The translations under genes and the position numbers were made by a program. The notes beneath the pieces were generated by a model. The model saw nothing but the letters and a program-made list of their open reading frames with translations, searched no databases and had not been told where the DNA came from. A stretch of DNA of 64,000 nt from Mesotaenium endlicherianum (lineage: Eukaryota). Positions 1 to 13,546 of this stretch are shown here, piece after piece; position 1 is the first letter of the stretch, and every line of letters begins with the position of its first letter. Location: assembly GCA_009602735.1 (NCBI GenBank), contig WELA01002258.1, positions 866,244-930,243 of the forward strand. The letters are read 5' to 3'.

Positions 1-479
1 CCTGAATTCTGACTGCATTCTTCGGCCCATTTGCCAATATTGCACTGGCGTTCTTCATATCTTGACGTTACCGCGTCTGGGGATGGGCTTCCGTAGACCT
101 GGTCTGGGGTCATATTTCGTAACGCAGAAGAGGTAATGTCTTCCCATTCCGGCGCCCTCACAAATATTTGGCTGGAGCGTTCTGCAGATAATGGGGCCTC
201 CTGTGATTTGCTTACTGCAGCGCTCCCCAAAGGGTTTGCTGCACCAGTTGCCTGGTCTTCCATGGCTACGTCTTCTCGCAGCCTTCGCAGCTCTCTTTCC
301 AGAGGGTCGTGTAGAGCCGCCATCCGATTGTCAATTTGCGCCAATAGGTCTTGACACCTGGTCAGCTCCACCACTCTGGTTTCTCTGAGTGTTTCTTCTT
401 GGTCAGCCTCAGCTGCGTCCCTTTCAATACTATGTTCTTTTTGTCGCCAATGCGCTTCTTTGATAGCTCTCTGATCAGA

Positions 480-3400
480 GGTTGGCATCGCATGGACTCC
501 AATCGTTATTGGTCTCGGCCTGGGCATAGGCTTGTCCGAGAACGTCATCTGCTGCCAAGTCATAATCGTCTCCACCAACCATGTCATGGAGTGATGCCCA
601 ATCATATTGCCGAATATCTTCCCAGCGTTGTCCTATCCCACCATTGCAACAATTTCTTGTGCAATGGAGTTGGGTATCCCCAGGCACCTTCCCTTCTCTT
701 CAGCTGTCGGCTCTCTCTACTGAGCTTCTCTGTCGTGCGCATTCTTGACCATTCCTGGTCCTCCATTCACGAATGCGCCGCGTAATCTCCTCCATCTCCC
801 TCAGGACTTCAATGGACATGCCGTTGGTCCAAAATAGTCTCGCCCGGTGTGAGAGTCCTCTGTCCCTGGCGTGATTGATCAATACATGATGACCCAGGGT
901 GGAGTCGAAGACCAGCCATGGATGTCCTAGCTTCATCTGGTTATACTCCATCCCTGGATGTCCATTCTCAATCACAAACACTGGTGGGAAGGGATGCTGG
1001 CGTTCCCGCAGCATGCTGATGATTCTCACCATCCATCCCCAGTGTCGTGCTCGCGGGTCATTGAATCCCCTCCTGTTTCCAGCTTGCGAGAAAGGTTGAC
1101 AAGGGAATCCCGCAAAGATCCAGTCAATCCTGTAACCATACAGGTCCTCAAACTTCACATCGAGAATGTTCCCTCCAGCAAGACGCACTAACTTAGAATC
1201 AGTAGGAACCAACGCCTTGAAATGGTACATTTGCCGCATCAGACTCATGACCTCCTTAAATGCTGTGAAAGCACCCGCATCATTGTCCACATACAGCACT
1301 TTGGATACCTGGATACCTCGCTGAATCAGTGAGATGGTTCCAGAACCAAGTCCGGCAAACAATTCCAGCACTACTACTCCTCTCCTTCGAAAAGGATCCT
1401 CCATCCTCACAATGCCTTGCGGCAGCGGGTCTACTCCAGGCATCAAATTGGCAGCAGACTTAACTGGATAGGGAACTGGCAGCAGCTCTTGCGGGCCACG
1501 GTCCCTGTTACTCACAGCTTCCAGTTGCTCCATAATCCGAGGTTGCCAAACCAAGGGAGTCGGCATGTTGACGCTGGTGTAGCCCTCCTCTTCGCGTTGC
1601 ATGATGAGGTCATAATGGCTTGGATACCGGTCATTCACACAACAGTCTAGCAGTCCGTAGTTTGCTTCTCCCGAGCAAACCATTTTTACAGGAATTTCTC
1701 CTGTCGGCTGCCGATCTGTCGACTGGTAAGTCACCCTCTGCTTCCGCAGGTCGATGACCATACCCAGGGGAATCAAAGCTTCTGTCCCCAAGAGACCATC
1801 ATAGTTCTCTGCCTCTGTCACCGTGCATTCTATGAGCAGTGACGCCTCCTTAGGTTTCCCAAAGTTAACTGTGATTTTTACAGGCTTGCGGGTAATTCCA
1901 CAAGACTTTGAAATCAGCCCAGATGCAGTCCTCAATTGAAAAGGACTTTGTTTCAGGTCCCTTGCCGTCAATCCTTGAGCTTTCACAGCTCGCTTTCCCA
2001 AGATTACTGGCTGTGCGCCAGTGTCCAATAGGATATTGGGAGCGGCCCAGTCGTTGAACGTCAAAACTCTATCCTTGTTCTGCACTCTCACAGTGCTGAA
2101 ATTAGTAGGCAGCAAAGCGCTGTTTGCGCTTTCCTCAGCTATGTCCAGCTGCCGTCCGGCTTCTTCAACCGTGAAAGGATACGTAAGACGCAGATCAGCA
2201 AGTGAAAGACAAGGAATGTGCTAAATCCGGTGCTCCACCAGAGCCTTCAGCTTTTCCAGCGAAAAACTAAATGTCTTGCGTGGCCCAGGCTTGGCTTGTC
2301 GTAGCTGCGCAATCTCGTTCTCATCGAGAGTGATCCGAAAGGTCTGAGGATGCTTCCCAGCATTCCTTGGAACCAGACGGTCATGATCTGCGCGCTCCGC
2401 AGCCGTTGCAGCCACGGCCTTCTCAGGCGTCAGCTTCTCGCCTTTACAGACGGTCTTTTTGGCCACATCTGCATCATAATAGACATTAGGCACATTTAGT
2501 CTTGCAAATTAAGCTTTCAACTCTGGAATCTCTGCACTCATAGCATCATACTTCTGGTTACTCTTCCGGTTACCAGAGTTATCTTTCTCCTTTTTCTTAC
2601 CCTTATCTGCCTCTTTCGTGGCAGCATTAGCCCGTGGTGGCTTCAGATTTGGGTTCTTGGACCTACACTCATCTTTTGAGTGTCCCTTTTTGCTGCAATG
2701 TGAGCATACCTGCGCCTTGCTAGCAGACAATTGCTTAGCATCCGGGTACGGACAATCTCTCTTCCGATGTCTCGATTTCCCGCAATTCCAACAGCCCTCT
2801 GCTGTCTCAGCAGTGTTGGCGTGCTTAGCAAACCTATTGAAAGACCCGCTCTTCTTTTTAAACTGAAAATTAGAGCTATTGGCCTTAGGCTGAAAGGATT
2901 CCTCCCTTCTCTCAGGAGCCATAAGCGTCCTGGACGCCTCCTTGTACCAGACTTTACCTTCCTCGACATTGCGTGCTATTTCAGCAATTTTGTCGATGTT
3001 CAAGTCGATTCCGCGTTTTGCAGATAGGTGCGGCCTGACCTCCCAATCTGTGTCTTTACCCAGACACAATAAGAATTTGTCAGCCACAATCCTAGGCTCA
3101 TAGATTCCTGCCTTCTTGGCAAGGTCTACCAATCTGGATTTGACCTCCATCACTGTGTTGTTCTTCTGACGGACAAAATGCATATAGCGGTGCACCTTAA
3201 GACTGCGATCCTCTGGGAATTTTGCTTCAAGCAACTTAAAGAAACGACGCAGACAGTGCTCACAGTCTAACTGGTCATCCCCAGCCTCCATATCCCTACT
3301 AGGCAACGCTTGCGCATGGCCTGCTTCCATGGTGGCACTATCACCATGCTGCCCTGTAAAAGGTGCAGCCCTGCGTGTTACTCGTTCCTGAGCATTAGCA

Positions 3401-4164
3401 ATCTTTTCAGACAATTTTGAACACACTTTACGCAATTCTGCGACAAAACCAGCATCATCATCTCGAGTAGCCGCTCGCTGCTTACCCTCGGTGAGTTGCC
3501 TCATGGCATCTGTTAATTCTTGTGTTACTGTAGCTAAATCTACGCTCTCAACAGGTGCAGCAGGTATCGCTCTTCCTGATGACAAAGCGGACAGTCGGGC
3601 TTTTGCAGCCTCTTTCTGGATTTTTAAATCCGTCGCCTTCTTTTGCTTGTCAAACGCCCATTCCAGGGTAAGGTTCTCATCCTTCCGGAAGTGGCGATAA
3701 AGCGACAAGGCATCCTTGTCCAAGTACTGAACCAAGCTTATAAAAGCGACTGACTAAGTATAAGAAGAATCCTTTCGAATATTCTCATAGAAATCAGCCC
3801 AATAGATCTCATCAAACTCTTTGAAAGTGAGACTATTTACACCGGTTCGTCCACTAAAACACTTTGTAGACAGCTTGAACTTAGGATTTTCATCCTTATC
3901 ATCACCAGTCATTTCAAATGGTGACCAAGACTTACTATCTTTACCCCACACGTTGTGCTCTCTGCCCAAATTGGGTACATAGGCTCGCTCGTTACACGGA
4001 TTCTCACCGTTCGTGGCAGTATGGCGAGACTCGTCTCCCGACGGTTGCTCACTCCACGGGTTATCCGTGCGCTCAGATGTCTCACTTCCTCGTGGACTCT
4101 GGCTTGAATCAGAATCTTCTGCAGGCTCCACAGGGTAATAGAGCCTTCCACTCCTCAACCGCAT
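480..4164 (-). pseudogene. Gag (2x CCHC) - aspartic protease - C5 DNA methyltransferase polyprotein, disrupted
   Basis: ORFs 3754-4257, 2509-3735, 2221-2493 and 700-2115 are all in one frame, separated only by single stop codons where copy 2 has Gln. Likely start MRLRSGR at 4164. Zinc knuckles CWNCGKSRHRKRDC and CSHCSKKGHSKDEC; protease LLDTGA...LLG. A frameshifting deletion of about 150 bp lies at ~775. Confidence 0.85.
560..1380 (-). other. C5 cytosine methyltransferase domain (copy 1)
   Basis: Motif I VLELFAGLGSG, motif IV FAGFPCQPFSQAG, V GFNDPR, VI VFVIEN(G), VIII SHRARLFWTN. In the shifted frame: IX REPTAEEKGRCLGIP and X KIFGNMIG. Confidence 0.9.
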
Positions 4165-7100
4165 GTACAGTTGAATTTCTCCGGGTCCCCTTCCAGGTTG
4201 AGCACCGGCGGCCCTTACAGGCCTCAATCCCCAATTTGCTTGGGAATTTCTATTCACCTAAACCACAGAATCGAGGTTCTCAAAAGTAGGACGGAAGTCT
4301 CTTACTTCCACATAGGCTTTATGCCTTAAGGTTCTTGGGTTCTCAGGCGAGCAAATTGTGGTTTGCAAAAATCACACTCTAAGCAGCTTGACATACAACG
4401 TCAAGTTCAGAGAAAATCACCCTTCAGGCTTTCGCTTAACTTTCGCAAGTCACGGCTTACAAAACTCTGAAACTACACGTCTATGCTGGCTTGGATCAAG
4501 CTCTTCACTTAACACCGCCTTAACAGCTCTTCACTGTCAGGCTAGGCCCACTCAGTTCTTTACTGAGAGCTTTATCTGCCAATACTACTCTCTCTCTTCG
4601 AGATGCGAATGCGACTTCTGAGAACCTGGAAGCTAACACACAACTCACCATTTTAAGGCTGCTTCACACACTTGTGGTGTTCGGCTGAATCTGTGATACA
4701 CTGAGAAGAATCTTCAGCGTCGGCAAAAGCGTGGGGCCTCGGCCCTCCAATGGCCTTGGGAACTCCTTATTCTTCTTCGCGCCCTTCTTCTCCTTCCTTC
4801 TGCTTCTTTTGCTTCCTCTGCTTCTTGGCAAAAGTGCGTGAGAGTGAATGACATGACTCAGGCAAGATTCGTGCCTTTCGCAGGCACCACACAGCGTCAT
4901 CTTTCGAGAATGCCGTGCTTAGTCACAAAGCTTAGCTGCATGTCGCTTTAGCCTAGCCATGCTCAACTCAAACTCGTAGTCACTCAGCATGCATGCACAC
5001 CTCGTGACTGTCGCACGTGGCTGCTTAGCTTCTCAGCTGGCAGTCACGCCTAATCGGCTCATGGCTAAGAACTCCTGAGCGGCGTGTACAAGCAAATGCC
5101 ACTTGCTCAAGATTCCCAACCGGGCGGCCGTAATCTATCTTGGCATTGTTGTCATGACCTGGCTTAATCCGCCAGTCGCACAGTACCGGACTTGGTACCT
5201 GCTGGGCGGCTCATCACTGATCCCCAGCTTCTACTCTCGCGGCTGTCTATGCTGTCAAAACCTCCCCCATTCCTGGATGTGGGGCACATTGACATTGACC
5301 CCTTGCCAGTGGTCTTGATGCCGACAAAACCGCTGACTGCAACGAAATCAGTCAAGTGGTCGGTGAGTCAGCGTTGACTTTTTGTACCTGGGTGGCCGTA
5401 GCTTGCGCTGCGCGTGCGGCACCGTGAAACGGATAATAGTCGCGACACTACTTTGATTATTTAGCTCAAAACGCTCAGAACACAACCAAATTGTTCTGAT
5501 ATGTTGTATGCCTAAGGTGGTTGTCAAGAATATTCTGTGAATACATCCTCAAGTTTTAAAGGTCTTGTGAGCACGTAAGTATATTGAAGCGTACAGATGG
5601 TAAAGGAATTTCATTTTGTTCACTCGTATTTGAAACTATACTTTCAAAAGGCACCTGAAGTTGCCCATAGTTTACGTGGAATGTCATGAACAAAGAGGTT
5701 TGCTATCGATTGTGGTACTGATGGGTACAGATGAGAATTTGGTATCAGTTGGTATTAACCTCAACCGACAACATACAAAAGGTCAACCAACACGGTTGTA
5801 GAGTTAGTTGAACACATCACTCGCCAAGATTTGCTCCTCCGAGTTTGCCCTCTTATTGAGGAAAATGTAGAAAATGTACTTACCAAGTCTATCTTTGGAC
5901 CCAGCTTAGCTATGCCTGTCATCATCTGCAGCTCGTTCTTCCAGGCACCATAGATTTTCCTCTTATGCTCTTTCCACAGTTATTGCACCTCCAACTTCGC
6001 TCATCCACCCATCCGCAAGCAATCTTGCGCAAATGATCTTACTCTAGTCTATATCTTCACTCCTCCTCGCCAAAAGGAGCTGGTAGCTTATTACTTTCAG
6101 TCACCTTTAAACTTGGTTTGTCTCAAGATTCCTAGCTTTATCTTTGTCTAATTGTGGTTCCTCCGATACACTCCTCTCAACACGCCCTCCTGCAGACGTT
6201 GCTCTCATTCCTGCATGATACATCAATCCCCTCTTTTCCACAATGCTTCGAATAGACACTCAGTATTCTCCCACTCCATGCAACTCTGTCCCTTCTTCTC
6301 TGCCACCTCTCCCTCCTGCTCAGCCACAAGCACAGCCACGGACACGATATTTTGTGTCTCTTTGGCTCTTATGAGAGGTCCCTTACCTTCAATAGCCAAG
6401 AAGTTATGGCTACAAATTGAGCTGAGGGTGCAGTTGTCGGGCAGCGTATCGTTGATGCAAAAAAATAGCTTAGCATTAGCTCTTCCTAGAGCCTTCCCCC
6501 TTGTACTCTAAATTCCATGATAAAGTCCAATTTCTTACTTAATGATTGTCCTTAGATGTTTTGGCCCACCTCCGCTCTTGTGAGGCAATGCCGCTACAAC
6601 GAATTTGCATTTACTCCAAACTCCTCTCGAGATGTATATCCTATGTTCTCTTCAGACATCTCTTCCATAATGTACTCCAAAGAAACTTCCAATTTTCTCA
6701 ACTCCTGCTCATAGAGCGGACAAGTCCTTTTGGCTAGTTTGCCAAGTGTTTCTCATACTCGATGCGAGCATCAGCTATATACGGCTCCACACTCTCTTGC
6801 ATAGTCGAGTTCACATTGATTTGGTATTCCTTACCATAAGGCTCTGCCGCTTCTTCAAAATACTCCTCTCACATCTACAATTATTTTTTCCTCTCATGCA
6901 ACCATAACCCAGCCCCGCACAAGCATTCAAGCAAGAGAAAAAAGTAGCCACAAGATAGGCCTGTGGCAGCAGTAAGAAGAGGAACTGAAAATGCCACAAC
7001 AAGGCCCAATTGCAGTACTAAAAGAGCCAAAAACAAGTCCATGAAAAAAGCCCCAATATAGCAAAAAAAAAGAGGAATAGATGCAACCATAGCACAACCC

Positions 7101-7233
7101 CACGCAAGCACTAATAAAAGAGAAAATGAGCCATAACATAGCCCAATAGCAACACCAAAACAACCATAGCAAAATCCCATGGCAGCACCGAAACATACCC
7201 GAAAACCAGCACAAAATTACCCAAAAAACAGCA

Positions 7234-9758
7234 CTAAAAGAGCCATGAAGAGGAGAACAGCACCCTCAAAAGTCCCCTGGATGATGGCATTACCTCAAAA
7301 AGACGCCCTAGCAAGATGATGCTTGTCAAAAATTGTGTCTGACACCACATCTTCAACTCCAAAGACAACTCCTTGCGGAAAAGTGCAAGAGGCTTGTGGT
7401 GGTTGCGGATGTACACAACCACTTGCTTACCTCTGTCCACGAAGTCTTTGATCCAAGCTTCCTTGGTCATGTCTTCTAAGAGAAGATCCATACTATGAGC
7501 TCTGCACGCAGTCCATGTATTGTGTTGATACTCCACTTCAATGAGTTTGCCTGCAACACATGAAAATGAGCAATAGTAGCAATGAGCATTACGATATGAC
7601 CAATTGCAATCCTGGCATACAGTAATATTTTAAAGCTAAATTGCAGTAATAACCATACTAACAACATGCACAACAGTTGTCACAAGCACTCAAGCAATGA
7701 CTTTATATGCTAAATGTGGCATGGCTAGCAGGCTGTAGTTGTTATAGCAACCTTCAGCTGGCACCTCAAAGTATACAACAGCCAGCGGCTCAAAATATAC
7801 ATCAGGCAACACTTCAAAATATATACCAGCCAGCAACTAAAAATGTATAGCAGCCAGCAACTTGAAAACTAGACCATCCAGCAGCAAACAATATACACCA
7901 GGCAGCAGATAGGAATATACAGCAGTCAGCAGCACAAATTATAGAGCACGTAGCAACTACACATATATAGCAACCAACAGCACAAAAAAAAGAGCAATCA
8001 GCAACCATAAATGTAAAGCAACCACCAGCACAAAGTATAGAGGAGGCAGCAACTAGAAGTGTTTAGCAGCCAGCAGGTGCATACAAAGAGCTCAGAGTAT
8101 TGTAAATAAATCGCACCACTATTAACTTTTTGTGGTGCAAAATAGTAAAGCATATTGACATACACAAATAATGAGAATTAAGTAGCAGTACTATACCTCC
8201 AGCTTTGCACACAATTGTTGAATCATTGCAAACCTGAAGAATGTTGTCAGCACCGAGGTGTTAATGACCTCACAGAAGAAGGAAGCAAGGTAGGCAGCAC
8301 TCTTGGTCATTTTCTCAGTATTGACGGCCTTGAGGATTACCTCGCCCTTGGGAGAAGCAGCCATAAAGTTGATAAGGGGCCTATTTGTGTAGTAAGTCCA
8401 CCCGTCAGACGTGCCGGTGAATTTGTTGACTCTAGCCCTCTTGATGAAGTTTGCCACTTGCTTATCTGTAACAGCAGCTTCTTTGTCCAACAAAATGTTT
8501 CTCAAGCGGTTAACCTTAGGAGGCATGTATACAGGACTAGCCTTCACGATAACTCTAATGCTTCTAAATAAAATAAGCTATTGGCAACATTGAACGCCAA
8601 TGCAATGTCAAAGAAAATCTTGCTATGGCTTGATCAGCAAATTCTTTATGATTGATGTTGATAGCAGCCTCCATAATAGTTTGACTACCACCCTGACTCA
8701 ATACACCTGATGCATTGCCATGCTTATCACCTACGACACCAAGAATATGGCAGATTTGTGGCGCAACTCCCTGATGCAGCGCTACTCATCTTTGTGCTTC
8801 TGCTTCAGAATCTTCGTCACATCATTTTCAAGCACAACCCTAGCCATGTGGTCAGCGACATCTTGGTTCACCTTGGGGCATATTGCGATGCCTCAATCCC
8901 TAATCTGAAACAAATGCAGGCGGACTCTAGTGCATGCTTGAGACGTCTCAAAATTACAGAACCTGCATCGTACTCTGCTGTGCTTAGAACCCATAGAGTG
9001 AGGTATCAAGGTAACATACTGCCACTCTGAGCGCTCCCCATTAGAGAACGCGGATGCGCAATGTTTCCCTAACAAAAAACAGACAGGCACTCACTCTCCA
9101 CAAATGAAAACACACAAAAAATACCCGACAGCAATAAATAAACGAAAGTGAGCTAGAGAACTATGAGACAACAATAAATAGGAAGCGGCAGTATAGTAAA
9201 ACAGCCAAGGCAATGAATAAAAAGCCTGAATAGTGGCTCTTCATTTTCCTGTGAGTCCATAAAGAGGGAGTCCCCACGGTCGGCCATTATCACAAATGCC
9301 CTAACTTAAAATACTAAGAAAATATTGAGCAACATTGGCAGTAATGGAGGTTGTCTAAGAAATTATGAATGCATTCAGCTACAACAATGTAAACTTGTAG
9401 CAATGAAGCATCTGGTGACGAAGCTGGTGCTACTTAATCTGAAGCGTTATTGTGTAGCACATCGACGCCGGTCATCGTAAGGTGATCCCAAATCTTGACA
9501 AGCTTACGCGTTAAAACTTTACGGTTTGCCTGTCAGCCACTTTTCGCGTAATCAACGATGACTGGACATGTTTTCACATTTTCTTTGGTCAGGTTGTCAG
9601 AGCAAACAAATGTTTTACTTCTAACACGCGTGATCAGTTTATTTACCGTTTTCTTTGCCGCCAAATGTATTTAGCACGTTATGCGCCAATGGTACACATA
9701 GTACGTGTGTACGTTCGTGTTATACGTATACGCCAAAAAAATGTATCCCATAACTAGG
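7234..9758 (-). mobile_element. Decayed hAT-superfamily DNA transposon (BED finger + DUF659-type transposase fragments), 5' TIR at 9743-9758
   Basis: BED-like EWQYV...VRCRFC...RLHL (8893-9090). YMPP...LRNILLD...SDGWT...RPLINF (8191-8547). WTACRAHSMDLLLED...YIRNHH (7234-7536). Terminal CCTAGTTATGGGATAC on the minus strand matches the MITE TIRs. The other end was not found. Confidence 0.8.
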
Positions 9759-10446
9759 TCCACGCGTGCTCTAGTACTTATCGCTAAAGTGCTTTTCTTC
9801 CTTGTTGTATCTTCCTGTTCACCTCTTCTAGCACCTGAATGTTAAGTAAGAGCAGGTGGAGTGAGGTGGAGCCACGGAGCAGAGAGGAGCAGGCCTCTCA
9901 ATTTGAGGAAATCGTTGGAGTCTAGACATCCTTTTAATTTGAACGGAGTTTGAAATTGGCAAATAATATCAAAGTAATATGAAATCGAGAGATTTGGCTG
10001 GGCTGAGAGCAGTCGGAAGTGTTTACTGAGAAGACCTACTTTGGGCCACCTTGGACCACCACCAAGTTACAACATACAACCACTCAACCAATCAAACATA
10101 TTATATATATCTTCTCTCCCGATTATCACCCACCCCACTCTACACGTCTGACAACAACGTCAACGCGTATAGACTAGTGTTGACTTTTGACCACAACAAG
10201 TCTATCTTGGTCACTGCCAAGCAATGTCATGTTAGTCAACCGAGTCAATTGTTGTACCCGTTTGTAATAAGTTGTAGCACTTTGTCGGGTTGCTTTTCAC
10301 AACTCTGGACTTGCGAGTCTTCACTTCCAACTCCCGAGACCCGAGCACTCCAACAAGGGTCCTAGTGTTAGATACACAAATAGATGCAATACTTCGTGAC
10401 ATGTACATTTTGTATCACACGTAAAGAAACATCAATTGACAAAAAG

Positions 10447-10806
10447 CCTACTTATGGGATACTCGCGTATTGGTTCGTGAGCGACGAATTACACTACGTA
10501 TTTTGACATATTTTCATAATACGCAAAATATGCGTCCCCACAAATTAAAAATGAATCTTTGGCAATTGGATAATATAACAAAGGGATTTTTAACTTTCAC
10601 CACCTTCATATCATAGAAAATTGAGTCCTCTTCCATTTGCGACCAATTGCGCTTGAAGTTTTATAGCACTTTTGAAAGTTGCAAGCCCTGCCAATTTTGC
10701 GAGAATTTTCAAAAAATGGATTACACACGTATTTCCTTTTTTCACACGTATTTTTGCAACAAGTATTCGTTTGACGTATTCTCCAAGTACGTACTCCATA
10801 ACTGGG
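10447..10806. mobile_element. hAT-type MITE 1 (360 bp)
   Basis: Imperfect TIR CCTACTTATGG...CCATAACTGGG, flanked by a perfect 8-bp TSD ACAAAAAG (10439-10446 and 10807-10814). Confidence 0.85.
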
Positions 10807-10943
10807 ACAAAAAGTCAACATTGCTGACAGATAGACATTTCTAGATAAGTTTCCCAACGACTGCAGGCGTTGTTGCCCATTTGGGAATCCTTGCTATGCG
10901 CTATTGAACGAATTAATTCCGATCCAAAAAAAGAACTACTAAG

Positions 10944-11300
10944 CCTAGTTGTGGAATACTTGCGTATTGGTCCATGAGCACCAAGTTATACCACACATTT
11001 TCACGTATTCTGAAAAAACCAAAAAACGACGCCCAAAAAACGTGAAAAGGAAATATTGACAAGTATAAAATGTTGATATCATTTTTTTTCTTTTAGCACT
11101 TTTTGCTTGTAACAAATTGAATCTTCTACCATCCGCAACCAAACGCTCGAAGTTTCAAAGTATTGTGGAACTTATGAAGTTTTCTATCTTTTCCAAGAAT
11201 CTTGGAAAATAGAAATACTCGCGTATTTTCATATTTTACACGTATAACTCTAGTACGTATTTGTTATACCAATACCACGTATTCGTTTTCCATAACCAGG
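10944..11300. mobile_element. hAT-type MITE 2 (357 bp)
   Basis: TIR CCTAGTTGTGG...CCATAACCAGG, flanked by a perfect 8-bp TSD CTACTAAG (10936-10943 and 11301-11308). Subterminal TACT(C/T)GCGTATT motifs are shared with MITE 1. Confidence 0.85.
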
Positions 11301-13546
11301 CTACTAAGGTCCAACAAAAGTTTGAATTCATTCCTTATTTTCGGTAATTAACATTTTCTGGACACATTGTGTTATTTGCATTTTGTCATTTTTTCAATCT
11401 TATCAAGACAACAACGCTGGTGGAGGCACTTTCCTATGAGCCACCATCCTTCCAGTGAATGGAGTGAAGTTACATTCTTCTCTGCTAATTTCTCTCTCAA
11501 TTTCTTTGTCCTCTTAGACGCCTCTTGGGATGCCAATTATTACTCAAAGCTAGGAATACCATAATTACGTGATGCAGAAGCTCTGGCAACCCAAGCCCAT
11601 TAAAAAAATGGCAAACAAAAAGAAGATCCAGATCTTGCCATGCTCCCATCTGATCTCCTCTCAAATCTGCACCATATAACAAGCCCATCATTAGGAGTCG
11701 ATAGCAAAACAAGTCAAATTGCAACGTTTGCAAACTATTGTAGATGCCCACTGCCGAGTCTGTGGGGGTTGCAGCGAAGTAGTTTTGGCTAATGGGGATC
11801 TTAACTGCCGCATTATGATCTTGTGGCTAGTCAAAAGGAAAAGGCACTGCTTGAGCTAGAAAGAACAAACTTCAGAAAATTGTGGGTCTTGGTGTGAGAT
11901 TTGCAGTTAATTGAGTAGCCTTTGGATGTCCAAGTGGGCCAGTCAATCTGCGTGTTAGTACAACCAGTTCTAACGCGGGTTTAGGGTTTAGTCAAGGGGT
12001 CTAATGGGCGCATTAATCGCGAGAACATGAAGAATGGTGCTCCATGCCACTTGCCTAATATTTGTAACATTCATTGCTAGCCACAATGCTTGCTAACCAC
12101 CCCTACAAGACCTATGGTTCCATTTACCGCCGCGCTTCTATGCTGCCTGTGACCGATGCAACGCGGGTTGGCATTTGGTCTGTTCATCTCCTCCTTTGTC
12201 ACAAGTTCCCGAGGGGGCTTGGTTCAGTCCCTCCTCCTAACCATCTCGTCAGCCAAGGACCCTTTTATTGCTCCTTCCCTTTGTTTGTGTTTTTTCCTTA
12301 GTGGTTTCATTGTTTGTGCAGGTCCTCCCTCCCTTTCCTGGTAAAAACAGTCCCTGCTCGCCGACTCGTTAGGTCTACCCCCGCCGTTACTCACCGCCGC
12401 GATAGCTGACGCCTTCCGAGTGGACTTCTTGGAGACAAATAGTGCCCCCACCGAATTTCCTATTGTGGACGGCCGTCTGTCGCCTATTTTGTCGTTCATT
12501 TGTCCTTCCACGGAGATCTATCCCGTCTCCGTTTGTCACATCTACCACAAGGAGTACCTCCCGCCTGGTAGTTTCTCTTTTGTCGTCCCTGACGGCCCTC
12601 TCCTTGCTGTCCGGCATTCAGCTTCTGCCTCGACCCCTTACCTTCAGCTGGACGGGGATTTTCCTAGCTTGATATTTGTACTGCATAGCTTTTAGCTGCC
12701 AAGTAGTGCCCAGTTCAGATTTCCGCATATTTTCACATTTACAGCTTATAAGCTGTGGGTTTTTCCCCCTATAAGGGGAAATTTTACCCAAGCACGTAGG
12801 TTAGTCATTCAATGCCTAGTTTGGGAGTAGTCCCCTCCCTAGGTCACTTCCTTGTTGTGAGAATCTCCATAGCATGCCAAGCTATGGACTCTTGCACGTA
12901 TATTTCATGCCATCTATCCAAGTTCCTCAATCTGTCCTGCTTATGTCATATAGGATATTACCACATCAACAGTAAGGTAGATTCTTTTTTGTTTCTTGGA
13001 TGACAACACCTTCGCAACTTTATACTTTCAGCTGTTGAAGTCGCAATATCACCGCAAAATACCCACGTGCATGAGAAGCAGAAGCAACTTGTACACATGT
13101 CAGGTTGATAATTCATATACATTACATTAAAGCTATGCTCTGCAATACATACTTATGTGGCATAACCTATCGTTGTCAGATGACTACTTGCCCAAGAGAA
13201 CCTTACATGAGCTTCGTGAGCTGAGTCTCTTCAAAAAAGCCACGGCAAGTACAACTCTAACCAAGCACACCACATCGGCTGCAGATTGCAACGTGGCCTT
13301 GTGGTGGTGGCCTGCTCAAGTGTGACTTGGCCTCGAGCAGCAAGGGAAGTTTGTGCCCATTGCGCACATGCAGCTTACTAGAACAACACTGGTTGGATCT
13401 ATGCTCTGGTGTGCAATCCTCATCTAGAAGCGACGACACCAATATAAATAGTACGGAGCGCCAATATTATTGGTCGCACCTCTTACCTGTGGCAGCCAGA
13501 CCTAAATATTAAGGAAGAGGTATCTGGAAGTGGTATATTTTGGAAC

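Larger units (their letters stand above)
1..5447 (-). mobile_element. DNMT-carrying retroelement, copy 1 (5' part; runs off the left window edge)
   Basis: The reverse complement starts TGTCGCGACT at 5447 and aligns with TGTTGCGACT at 30296, where homology with copy 2 begins. Homology continues through the leader, gag, protease, DNMT and downstream spacer to window position 1 (about 36103 in copy 2). Confidence 0.85.

Noticed and set aside
700..2115. Bacterial restriction-modification methylase or contamination
   Set aside because: The MTase is fused in-frame to a retroviral-type protease and gag, occurs in two TE copies, and has no endonuclease partner.
5450..6830. Coding-like degenerate sequence on the minus strand
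   Set aside because: Many stops and no motif I can assign. I could not link it to the hAT dimerisation domain.
7740..8090. Short-period AATATA..CAGCCAGCAAC repeats (CRISPR-like spacing)
   Set aside because: Degenerate low-complexity repeats between hAT coding fragments, with no unique spacers or cas genes, in a eukaryotic context.
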